A stretch of DNA of 63,999 nt, the filler included, from Rhabdomonas costata (Eukaryota): NCBI GenBank assembly GCA_019059605.1. It is 38 parts of 38 records of this genome, joined end to end, with 100 filler letters (N's around TTAATTAATTAA, not from the genome) between each part and the next. Parts side by side here need not be neighbours in the genome. Positions count along the whole stretch, not along the records: positions 11,805 to 13,392 come from JAHMHO010012526.1; positions 13,493 to 15,077 come from JAHMHO010012527.1; positions 15,178 to 16,764 come from JAHMHO010012528.1; positions 16,865 to 18,445 come from JAHMHO010012529.1; positions 18,546 to 20,126 come from JAHMHO010012530.1; positions 20,227 to 21,813 come from JAHMHO010012531.1; positions 21,914 to 23,500 come from JAHMHO010012532.1; 31 more parts are not named here. One strand, 5' to 3'. Positions 12,142 through 23,500 of the stretch are shown piece after piece. The notes below the pieces were generated by a model, which saw only the letters and a program-made list of their open reading frames with translations, was not told the origin of the DNA and did no database searches. The number at the start of each line of letters is the position of its first letter. Position 1 is the first letter of the stretch. The translations under genes were made by a program, and so were the position numbers.

Positions 12142-12168
12142 CACACACACACACACACACACACACAC
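12142..12168. repeat. (CA)n microsatellite; similar tracts at ~32716-32783, ~37819-37853 and ~58501-58522
   Basis: Directly visible dinucleotide runs. Confidence 0.95.
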
Positions 12169-12439
12169 GACTATTGTCTCTCGTCCTCTGCTACCCTGAT
12201 ATGGGTGCAGTGGTAAGTGGTAGCCCTTCTCCTATAGTTCTCTTTTTCACTTCTCTTCTACCACTAACCCTTGGGTAAAAAGTCCGCAGGCGCTTCAGGC
12301 ATGCTGAAATCGAAGTGAACAATCCCCGCACCCATTTGTGGTCACCGACAAAGTGAGTCACCCACCGCAAGGAAGCTCACCAATAAAAAACACACCCACA
12401 AACAGACGACCCGCCTCCCTTCTGCACAACCATAGGGCT

Positions 12440-12650
12440 CCTAAATCAGTGGCAGGTGCAACATCAACGGTGCGGCCTTTCAGTACTGACGTTTCTCGCT
12501 GTATAAACCTGTTGCTGTCCGCACAGAATTTTATTTCTAATAAGCAATGTAATTCCAACTTTTTCCAAGCTTGTCTGCCACGGCCTCGTGCTGGACACGA
12601 CCGCGTTGTACCCCCCCCCCCGAGGTCAGGCAATAACAAAATATTTCCGT
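12440..12650 (-). mobile_element. Possible relic of a restriction-like (PD-D/ExK) endonuclease from a non-LTR element
   Basis: LLLPDL...LHCLLEIKFCADS resembles the PD..ExK core of RLE domains. Flanks are degenerate. Confidence 0.35.
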
Positions 12651-13949
12651 CGTTCTCTTGCCCTGACGGGAAACGGTTTATCAAGCCATCAAAACTCATC
12701 AAAACCCCTTTCACTACATTTTCGGTTCCAGACGTGTGTGTGTCAGTGTGCTAAAACGAGGAAAGGGCGTGCCTGGCCCCGCGCCGCGGTTGCTCATTGG
12801 GGGGATGTGTAGCTCCCCCACCTTCGGCGACGTCAGAGGCTCCGACGAACGTCCTGCACGCACAACCACAAGCATACGCACGTCCACCATAGCACAGTGA
12901 CGAAGGGAGGAAGGGAGCCGCTCTCCAACGTATGCCAGAGGGGCGGGGCAAGGTGTGTGGCACTGGGCTGAAGAGCGTACGGGAGAATGTCGTTCATTCT
13001 ATGATTTACGGAGCCCCTGGATGGGATGAGGCCGACGCCTTCGTCAGCCTCCGCCGTGCCCCCGCCGCCGAAGGCAGTTGTAAAAGAGTTACTCATGGAG
13101 TGACGAAAGCTAATGCGACGTGACTGTACAGTCTGTGAGTTGCTGGTGTGCATGGAGTTCGTTGGGGCACAGCGGACGGCAGGCCGTGGAGTGGACCCAT
13201 ACACCCATTCCCTTTATTCCCACGCACGGTAATGATGACTGTCATTTTCCTTCGTCTTTGGAGATGCAATCGAAGCACCACAAATCTCCCTGTCAATCTC
13301 CGGCCAAGCACCGGGAAGACCGCGTTCGGTTTCAGGAGTTGGAGTAGGAAAAGCGCGCATAAACAAGGCGCGCATAAAAACACACCCACCCCNNNNNNNN
13401 NNNNNNNNNNNNNNNNNNNNNNNNNNNNNNNNNNNNTTAATTAATTAANNNNNNNNNNNNNNNNNNNNNNNNNNNNNNNNNNNNNNNNNNNNGGGTTGGG
13501 TGAACGGATAGAGACGGCTCTCTCATTGTTTTGGCTGCCCCCAGCCAACCCTGTTGTTGTATGAGGACCTTTCTGGCGCTGTGTTTGTCTCCTTTTCTCT
13601 CTCTATCGCATTCTGCGCGGGAAAAGGGGGTTGGGGTGAGGAAGGCGGGTTAGGGAAGGGTAAAAGGGATCTGCGTGGGAGGGTGTTTGCCTGGTTTTCT
13701 TCGGCATGCCGGTGGATAGGGGCGGGGTGGCAACGGTTTCCAGTGGTGACATAAAACCCCACTCAAAAATATTTGCTGTTTAGAAAGAAAGCTTGCTTTT
13801 TCTACGGTGGTTGTTCTTTCGTCTCACTCAAGCGAGCACGCCAAGCGAGAAAAAGAACAAAAGGGAACATCATCATTGAAACAAACCGAAAAAAAATACA
13901 CTCAATATTTTAATTTACATTATTGTAATTATGTAGAATGCGTGGGCGA

Positions 13950-14063
13950 AGGCCTGGGGTCTGTAGTATATACAACAGGCCTCCCGAAACGCTGCGTGGC
14001 CGGTCCTTGGGGTCAGGTGATCAGGTGATTCCCGATCTTTCCCTCTCGGCCGGTTGTAGTGCC
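13950..14063 (+). repeat. Repeat family B, copy 2
   Basis: Homologous to the reverse complement of 10117-10222. Homology starts abruptly at AGGCCTGGGGTCT. Confidence 0.9.
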
Positions 14064-14973
14064 CCTTGACGGCTATTTCGTAACGTTTTTGCGCCGCTTC
14101 TTGCCCCACGCAGCGGGGGGTTTACGACAGCACCCACAACGAACAAGGACCCACCCACACCAAAATGGGCTCGGCAACTGGCTCTTGGCCGCCTGCAGCC
14201 CACAAAATCACTGCTTCACTGCATTCTTGTAATTTGTGTTATACGGCCTGTATCTGGCCCGCCCATCATCAAAAGTGAGAACTTTTGACATCCAATCCAG
14301 GAAGCATGGGAAACAACTGCGCACCGAAGCAAAGTGGGGAACAGATGTCCCATTTCTGTAAATATTCATTTTTTCTCTATTTTTCTCAATTAAGTCCGAG
14401 GACGTTTGGGTTTTTGGAAAAGCAGTTCTCAGTTTGTCGGGAAAGTTCCGTTTCACCCAGGGGCAAGAAAAAAGCAACCACAGACACGAATGTGCAGCGC
14501 ACGGCCAAAAGGCAGCGCACACAGGGTTTCTATGATGCACGGGGAGGGCGGCAGGGGTACCGCAGGAGTTGTTTGAGCCAAGATATAAAATGGGAGTGGT
14601 CGGATTGTTGCCGTGGGTCCTGTGAACTGTGACTTGAAGCACCGGTGTGTCAGCAAGCAGGTGCGCGCTTGGATGTAAGCGTCGTGCAGCGGGTGAGCGA
14701 GGTTTGTTTGTGAGACGTGACCCGACGTTGTTGACCTCTGGTCTCCCTTATCCCGGAAAATCGTCCTCAATGAAAAAGAGGCTAAAGTCAAAAAACCCAT
14801 GACCCATGGCCAACAGCGAGTGCGCCCGTCAGTCCAAAGTGGACACTAACAACCAAGCAACCAGTCAATCAGGCAGCCAGCGAGCGATGCGCCCAACACA
14901 AACACATTCCTGTTACAAAAACGTTACCACCGTTACCACAACGTTACCACCCATCCCCTATCCACCGAAGGAT

Positions 14974-15077
14974 ATGTTGCCGTGTGTGCTGCTGTTGTCG
15001 CTGCTCCCGCTCATCTTTTCTGATGTCCTGCCTGGCGTGGCGGATCGAGCGGAACGCTGCGGATCCGCCACCCCACA
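14974..15077 (+). CDS. Possible N-terminus of a secreted protein (signal-peptide-like)
   Basis: MLPCVLLLSLLPLIFSDVLPGVADRAERCG runs to the contig end. An AG lies 3 nt before the ATG. Confidence 0.35.
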
Positions 15078-15177
15078 NNNNNNNNNNNNNNNNNNNNNNN
15101 NNNNNNNNNNNNNNNNNNNNNTTAATTAATTAANNNNNNNNNNNNNNNNNNNNNNNNNNNNNNNNNNNNNNNNNNNN

Positions 15178-15344
15178 TTGTTTGTGTCCTCTCCTCTCCT
15201 CTCCTCTCCTCTCCTCTCCCCTCCCCTCCCCCGAAAATGCAGCTTCAAGCTTTTACCGCATTGCGTTGCAGGTTTGAAGCTGCATTTTCGGGGGAGGGGA
15301 GGGGAGAGGAGAGGAGAGGAGAGGAGAGGAGAGGAGACAAAAAA
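15178..15344. repeat. Contig-terminal fold-back containing (CTCCT)n
   Basis: Inverted arms of ~70 bp start at the contig edge. Confidence 0.85.
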
Positions 15345-15356
15345 CTCGTACAGTAC

Positions 15357-16647
15357 CTGATGATCATACATGAACTCATCTGTCTGATATGCGCCGTCAT
15401 CCGTGGCTGACGGTCGCTCTGAGCCCCAGGCATGGCACTGGATCCGCGCACCCGCTGCGTAGGCGATGTGGAAGAAGTCGGTATCCAGAAGAATCTGCCG
15501 AGGTGCAGGCACAGCAGCACAGCACGCCACTCGGTGAAGCAACGAATCACCACTGGATACAAAGGATGCTGACACGCTGTGGTGTGTTGGAAACCACCCC
15601 ACTGGCAGGGAGGACGCTCGGTGTGCACGGTACACGACGCAGTTATGGATTTTCTCCGGAGAAAAGGAGAAAACATGCGGCACGCAACATGTGAAACGAC
15701 AAAACCAAGTGCACCTCGCCATTATTTGATTCCGGGTGCATAGTGGTGTGTCTCAGGGCAGAGGGCAGGGCCAATCCACGGACGAATGGAAAACCTTCAT
15801 TCTCGACCAAAAAGAAAAGACAAGGGAGACACGGTGACGGTGCAGAGACAATTAAACAGCACAACGAATGCAAGCAGTGGGGCGAGTGGATTCCCGTGGG
15901 GATACCGGTGCGCCCGCGTTTCCGACAGCGCTGGCCATGTCCACGTACGCCAGTTTGGCCTTGGGGGCCAAGCCGTTGAATGCGGCGAACTCCGGCTTCA
16001 AGCTCTCTCCTGCAATGGTTCCCGCAATGTGAGTCCCGTGGCTAGACTCAGAGCCGGACTTCGGCGGGGTCCGGGCGTGGTAGGTCACGAACTGCAGCAG
16101 AGGGGCACGCAGTGAAGGGTGTGGTACAGGGACACAGGAGCACGGACACAGGAGAACACGGACAAAGGGGGGGTTGAAAAATATCCTCCAGCGGACATGT
16201 GGGCGAAAAGAGACTTCGTGCACTGCGAACCCCAACAACCCTTGAGGACACACTTTGCGATGGCCCTCAGACGTGATCGAGTTGTACGGCACCGAGCGCT
16301 GAAAAAAAGAACGCAAGCAGCATATGTCATGTCACCACTATTAACTATTAGCCCCAAAACCCAGAACTCTCTTTCTGTGGTTGCAACATTCATTGACAGG
16401 CAGAGAGGTCCTCGCCCTGTCCGCAAGGAAACATAATATCCTTCACGGGTCACAATTTTTTACGGACACACTTTGTCGTGCTTGCGATAGAGCACCGGCC
16501 TCACAATTAAAATGCAGTACAAAAACATATTTTATGATGGTCATCAACTCAACTGAGAACCTCTGGGTTTTTGAAGAAGCAAGAATCTGCGCTGAGGGAG
16601 CCGTCCCCAACTCCAACAATTTGGCCTTCTCCGTGCAGCCCGTGACT
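15357..16647 (-). CDS. Subtilisin-like S8 serine protease (KP-43/TagC-like), partial; exons 16561-16647, 16254-16298, 15906-16091, 15357-15494
   Basis: Four phase-0 GT-AG exons: GLHGEGQIVGVGDGSL..SCFF (Asp region), HRK, HGTHIAGTIAG (His region), NGLAPKAKLAYVD, AGARIQCHAWG. Confidence 0.9.
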
Positions 16648-19223
16648 CTGCTCCACCCCCCACAAAGACAAAATCTGGGCACCAACCACCCATACCCCGC
16701 AAGAATCCCATCCAACACCCACCGTTGGCATATTTGCGTGTAGCGGTCACCTTTCAGGTACTGTNNNNNNNNNNNNNNNNNNNNNNNNNNNNNNNNNNNN
16801 NNNNNNNNTTAATTAATTAANNNNNNNNNNNNNNNNNNNNNNNNNNNNNNNNNNNNNNNNNNNNCTGGGCGTTCTACAAGGTGGGCCTATCTAGCCTCTT
16901 CCGTCGACCTCCGGAACCTGGGAGCCTGTCCACGAGTCAAGAAAACTGAGGATGAAGAGACAAATTAATGCAGAAAGTGGAGGACGCAATGACGGATGGC
17001 AAACTCCTCAGCAGGTGTGTGCCACCTAACCCTCAGTCAAGGTTGACAGGTAGACAGGAAGTCCAGTGCAATTCCCATATGCGTGCAGTACAGCGTACCT
17101 CGTGCTTTCACGCTACAGCCCTAATATTGTCTGGGTCACTTTAAAAGGCCACAACTACAGTAATTGGACGCGTGCATTGCGTAGTTGGTTTTCTTTTTGC
17201 TTTGTGGACTGAACACATAATAATAATGATAATAATACTACTACGGTCCTCCACGTTTCTTTGCACAGCTGCCATTCTTCTTTGTCTCGTTGTTTCTTGA
17301 AAGTTTGAGATGATGCGTTCACACACACAAACATACTACGTACACACTGATGGCGTTGGTGGTGGTCTTTCCTGCATCTCCCCCTGCCTGGCCGCTGCTG
17401 GGCAGGGGTTCTTGGAAAATCTCAATGGCACATTAAGGCGTGGTTCAAAGGAGCTCCTAGAAACTCTCTCTCCCATACCTTTGCCCTGAAGAGCGAGATG
17501 AGTGGCCCTCTTCAGTACCTTCTCCGCGGGCTCCTCTTTGCCGCGGGCCAGCTGGCAGCCCTTCAGGAGCATCTCGCGACTGATCCCCACCACACCTCTG
17601 CGCCGTCCCTCGGGCGACCCCGAGCTCGACCCGTCCCCTCCCGAGCACGAGGGCGAGGGAGGGGCCTCCGCACCGTCCACGGGGCTGTCTACAGGCGAAG
17701 CTCGCTCCCTCCCTTCAGGGAGCTCGGGAGGGTGGATAAGGGGAAGGGGCAGGGAAGGGGAGTTCTTCAGAGGCAGCTTTGGGTGAAGGCAGCAAAGATC
17801 CCCCGCCAGGGCATGGAATGCAATCACATGTTTTGGAAAGAATTAGAACCTGTGGTCAGTTTACATCTGGTGAAGTTGTTTTTAAAAGCATCGAACGAAC
17901 CGAGGATTTGCGATGAAGGTTTGTCCTTTAGACCCTTTACACGACGCTTTTTCACAGGGATTCATATTCCGGGAACGGGAGGATCGAGATGCCATTGTCC
18001 ATCTCAAACAGCTTTTGGAGGGGAAATAGCACCGTCAAGGGAGTAAAAAGCAACTCCCTCATTATTTCATCCCACCAGCACCAGGGAAAGCTGAACTGAA
18101 AATAATAAAGGGAATGATACAACTTGCAGCCCAGTATGTCTGCTACGACGCGGTGGGTGCCTCTTAACAAAAGACCTGAACGGTGGTCACTGCTTCCGAG
18201 GAAGGGAGCCACTTGTGGATTCCAAGCGAGACCTGAGACCTGGATGCACCCGATGACTGCTTTAGAACCAACCATAGCAGCCAACATCGAAAGCGGTGAG
18301 TTTGGATAATCCGTGCGAAAACAAGGTAACAAAAACTTCTGTAATTCTGTAGGAAATGTAACGCGATAATTTCTCAGTTTTGGAGACGTGGTATGGCTTC
18401 GGTTCTGGTAACCCTAACCCCACCCCCCCCAAACACACCCACCACNNNNNNNNNNNNNNNNNNNNNNNNNNNNNNNNNNNNNNNNNNNNTTAATTAATTA
18501 ANNNNNNNNNNNNNNNNNNNNNNNNNNNNNNNNNNNNNNNNNNNNTTTTGTGGTGGAGAGGATTTTTTTGATATGAATCCTTGATAAACCTGCAGCATCT
18601 TCTAACCAGCACTGTTGACATCCTAATCATTGTGGTACTGGACGTCATAGTGTTGAATTATTGCACACTTTAGGGCACTGACGCGGAGATGCGTTATGGC
18701 TGCTTCCTTGAGGGTGTGGAGGACGTTTCGTTTCAGCTGAGAATGGTACGACCATGTTGTAAAATCGACCGCGTTGTAAAAAAGGTCATTGCCCCGGGGG
18801 CAGAAGAGAGGTGACTGAGTGTGAAACCCGGTGAGCCCGTTCCCCAAGGTACCGTGCACTCCGAAGACAGATCCCGCGAGCCCGTGGCCAACAACGCGTG
18901 ATTCCGTCTGCTAACACGGGTCACCAAAAGTTAGCGTCAGGCTGCAGTAAGCACACGCCCCGTTGGTGGGTGGAGGATGGGGGCACGAGGTCGTGAGAAG
19001 GTGATGCACAATGATTTGATGTTTGAGAATGGTTAGGGCACTGTCCGGTTGGGTTGGCATGAGCGAGCTCAGGACTGCGGATCATTCTGACAATGTCCAA
19101 TTAACACACGCGTTAACTGTTCTTCGTCGTGTGCTGGCATCGAACTGAAACGCATAGAGTCGTTTTGGCATGTTCTGACAGTTCTGGTTGTGGATGGGTG
19201 GGTGGGTGTCTGGGCTGGTTCAG

Positions 19224-19804
19224 GTGAATGACCTTCCACTGCTGGCTGAAGTGGCCTTAGCTGGGGGCAGCAAGTTGGTTACCCTCCGCAGCCGCGCGCA
19301 GATCCGAAACAGGACCCACACCACCCTCACCATCGCCGGAGTGGGAGTGCTGCGCCCCAGCGAGCTCGTGCCGGTGCCTCTGGACGTATGCGTGCATCCC
19401 CGCAAGGGACACCTCGCTCTGTGTCAATGACTACGAAGGACTACGAAGCAACGAAGTGAAGTAAAAGACAGGGTACGTGTACGTGTTTATTGTTACTGCA
19501 CCCGACTTCCCACCCCCACATGATGTTCCTGATGGAAGCCCTTCCCCTTCGTCCTGTGGTATTTCTTTCTTGTCCTCGGATAAAGCGGATAAAACCATTA
19601 GTGTGTGTGTTGGAGATGTATCGGTGCCTCTTCGCAAGCTTTCGTTGTTGGCGCACTGCAGTTCTGCCATTTCGGGTCGCAGGCCATTGACAGCGAGCGG
19701 CTTAGGGTAGCGCCTGCTCTGGGGGACCGCCGGTTCTTCGTCGCCCAGCTGGGCTACACCTACCGCCAGATGATGCTGCTCGACGACGCCCGCTTTGTTA
19801 TGCG
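19224..19804 (+). CDS. VPS13-like lipid transfer protein (VAB/SHR-binding repeat region); exons 19224-19385 and 19683-19804
   Basis: GSKLVTLRSRAQIRNRT...ELVPVPLD-AIDSERLRVAP matches the KxxTLRSxxxxxNxT...PxPL repeat pattern. GT-AG, in frame. Confidence 0.7.
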
Positions 19805-22387
19805 GTATGCCATGGAGGCGTTTACTCCCCACTACCACCAGTGAATTGTCAATAATCTTGGCTTTCCAAGTTGCCAAGTGCCATGGCTTCACGCGGACGC
19901 AACCATACGAGAGATTGTGTTCACTGCGCCACAACCCTTGTTTTTCGATTGTACCAGCAGCAACAGACATTCAGTCTTCCTCTTTCGTGCTGGTTATGAA
20001 AACTGAAATTTAAAAATCGCTTCGGTAAGCTTTACTTGGGATACCCGGTACATGACAGTGGGAATATGACTGTGCCTCCCCCTCCTGCCTTCGTTCTGAT
20101 TGCTTCATTATGGGCACAGGTGCCCGNNNNNNNNNNNNNNNNNNNNNNNNNNNNNNNNNNNNNNNNNNNNTTAATTAATTAANNNNNNNNNNNNNNNNNN
20201 NNNNNNNNNNNNNNNNNNNNNNNNNNTACATTTTTGTTTGTGCGCGTGTTTCCCCATTTAAAACGGGTCGGTATATGTAACCCTGCGTGAATTTTGGGTC
20301 CTTTGAACCAGTGTTTTGCGCGTAGGCCTTGCGACGTTTTGCCCGGGAAAGGACTTCTTCAGAAGCCCTTTTCACAAATGGGCCGTTCAAGAATTGAAAT
20401 GGGTGGGAAAGAGTGCCCTTGACTAATTCTTGCATTGTCCAAGGCACGGAAAACGACAACAAGGCGTGTTTATGGGTCTTAGCGGCAACGGGTTTCCATG
20501 CTAGATCCCGGATCCAAGGCGGTAAACGGAAAGGGCGCTGCACAGGCACGTTGGGGTGCAGCGTGGCCTGGGGGAGCCCGAGAAACGCAAAACACGACAA
20601 GGAAGGCACGGGGTGACGCCCACGCTGTAAAGCTGGAAAGCAGAATAAATGAGGCACAGTGGCAAGTGCACACACGGCGGGACTCTTGCAGAGGGGCCCC
20701 GGCCGAAACACGGGGCGCAACTGAGCACGGACGGCGTCGCCGAAAAAAGCAAAGAAACAAAGCATAAAATGCATGCGTTTTGCCCACGGAAAGGGAGAAG
20801 GGCAGAGGTACGCTGTCCCTCGGTCCTATTTATACCGCGGGCATTTTTTTTTCATGATCGGTCAAGATATTTTCTCTAAATTCTCGGTTTTCGACTGAAT
20901 CAAAGACTGAGCAAGATCGGAACATGCAAGCTTTTGTTTTGCAATACTGAGAAGCAATTGGTGAATGGAGATGAGCTCCATAATTTCGAAAAGAAAACAG
21001 GTCGGTGATTCGACTGTTCTCTAAATCAGGAGTCCCTATTACTGCCTTCCAACGCCATATCCACTCCGAATGAGAAAAAAGGAAACATTCTCACAAACAC
21101 AAAGACGAACACTTTTCTGCAACCCATAAGAACGTCGTTCTCCCCGACAGGGGCGTGGGAGGTGTGAGAAAGCAATCAAGTATTAACAAAGAGTACAAAG
21201 ACCACCAGCACAGCGTTACCATCCATCCCAAACAATGCTAAAAAAGCCCAGCTGCTCTGCTGTCTCCTCGGACACAACCAATGGTCACGTGAGAAGGATA
21301 GGGAAGAGTCTGGGTGGAGGACACAGAGCAATAGGTGGCAGATAGTGCATACGAATGACAGGCACAAAAAACCGAACCGAACCGAAAAGCAACAAGGGGT
21401 TGCAGAAGAGGCAATGACACCGCTTCAGTTTTCACAAAGGTTGCAACGAGGAAGGGGACAGCCACTATGGCGAGCTGTCTGCCCTCCGCACTCCCATCGA
21501 GCGACGCTCTAAAAAAGAGACAGAGCAGTATCTTCGGCCCGCGGCAAGGAGAAAGCAGCCTGAGGGACTACCAAATTGATGGTGCACAACGTTGGACTTG
21601 CACAAGGGTACACCACCATATCAAAGGAAAACCATGTTCACGGTATGAGGATACATGGAGAAAAAATTACGTTACACCGTAAATTCAGAACTGCACCATA
21701 CCACATGGCTGTTTTTAAAGCCTATCGTTACCTACCTCTCAACAAACAGCCGGTTAGAGAATTGACAATTCGCTTCAAAAGATCAACACACTCACGGAAT
21801 CACCCCAAAAACANNNNNNNNNNNNNNNNNNNNNNNNNNNNNNNNNNNNNNNNNNNNTTAATTAATTAANNNNNNNNNNNNNNNNNNNNNNNNNNNNNNN
21901 NNNNNNNNNNNNNGGGACCGCAGCTGAGTGGCTCTGTAACCTTTAATAGGGTTCTTGCGCTTGTTGGGCATTTGTGGTATGTGGGGATCCCCCGTGCCAG
22001 ATTTAATTGGTCTGTTGCCCAGAAAACGCCTTCCCATATTCCTCTTAGCTGTGCCTTTCTTTCGCTTGGTGCAGGACCGTGTTATGGCAGGGTTACGATG
22101 CCGCAGTGAGATAATGGGTTATCGGGGTGGGATGTACGTATGTGTGTTGGGTTAACATAGTGTTTCTGTGCTCTTTCCTGTGTCTGTCAACATGTGCGCG
22201 GAAACATCGCTTCATTTGCAAAAAACTGAATCCTTGAGGACCACAGGTTGAGCAGATACCTGCTCAGGGCCCCCTATTTCCAGATTTCACACAACACCCT
22301 TCTCAATATGCACACGACCACCAGGGAAGCGTGCTCTGGAGAAAGAGAAAGCTCCCCCTCTTCGCACACACCGGCTCTTCACCTTAG

Positions 22388-22628
22388 GTCATCAACCCCA
22401 CAGCCACGGACGTTTTCCTGAGCTTTGTGCCGCCCGAAGTGGGGCCGTACAGCACCTTGCCGATCACCTTCTCGGAGGTCAATACGCAGCCCTTCACCGT
22501 GTACCCCGCCTTCTTGGTGCTGGGGCGGTTCACCCTGACCCAGATCAAGGTCACCCCGACCTCGATGCTGCATGGCTCGGGAAACGTCACCATCATCCTG
22601 AACATCACTGCCAGTGCCACCACGCCCG
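22388..22628 (+). CDS. Internal exon of a beta-rich, probably extracellular (Ig-like) protein
   Basis: TAG acceptor and GT donor, strong GC3 bias, T/V-rich sequence with N-x-T sequons (NVT, NIT). Confidence 0.65.
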
Positions 22629-23285
22629 GTCTGTCTTCGATGATGTTTGATATCTGGTTGCATAGTTTTGTGGACCAACGGCGCGACCACCGCTGTCAGC
22701 CAGTAGCGCACCCCTCGATGGTGCCACGCCTCGAGACCGGACTAAGATAGTGGGGTGGTTTTTTAGATTCCTTGCTTTTTGCGTTTCTTTCGGTTCGTCT
22801 TCGTCGGGTGCATCGCACCAACTGAACATAAGGTAGGGTCACTGGTGACTGCTGGGCTTTGGGCTTTTCAGTTGGGCGGGCAGTGACTTTCTCTATTTCT
22901 TCCGGAGCCCGAAGGTTACGAAGGGGGGTCACCAACACTCACTAACACACTCACCAGCACACCAACACAAGCACACTCACCAACACACTCACCAACACAC
23001 TCGATTCCTGATTCCCTATCTTATCTCCCACCTACTCACGAGATACATCGCCGCATACATCCCCATTTAGCATCATCTCTCTCTTTCTCTCTCCAGGGAT
23101 CCCCACTGACCAGTGTTGTTTGCGAAATTTTTGTTCGACATTTTCACGAACTTTTTGTGGAAGCAACAGAAAGTTTGGAATTTTCTTTTTCCCTTCTCCC
23201 CTTCCGTTCTCTTCTCTTCTGCCTGCTCGTTAACCCCACCCGATTGAGCATTGAGAAGTGAATGAAACTGTTAGATTTGTGAACT

Positions 23286-23500
23286 ATGTTTTTATTGGCT
23301 TTCATTACATTTCAATATTTCTCACGTTTTTCGTTCTTAGAGTGTTTCGTTTACAGACACTATTCTTTTGGATGTCTCTCACTCTATTTTTATCACACAG
23401 GGAGCGAGAGACATCCAAAAGAATAGTGTCTGTAAACGAAACACTCTAAGAACGAAAAACGTGAGAAATATTGAAATGTAATGAAAGCCAACAAAAACAA
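23286..23500. repeat. Contig-terminal fold-back inverted repeat (~95-bp arms)
   Basis: Arms are complementary except at the terminal primer-like bases. Confidence 0.9.

Noticed and set aside
13950-14115. Canonical hammerhead or HDV ribozyme in repeat family B (CCCGAAAC; GCC-TCCC...CGT-GGC)
   Set aside because: There is no CUGANGA or NUH site, and no upstream P1 partner for an HDV fold. Kept only as an unassigned structured repeat.
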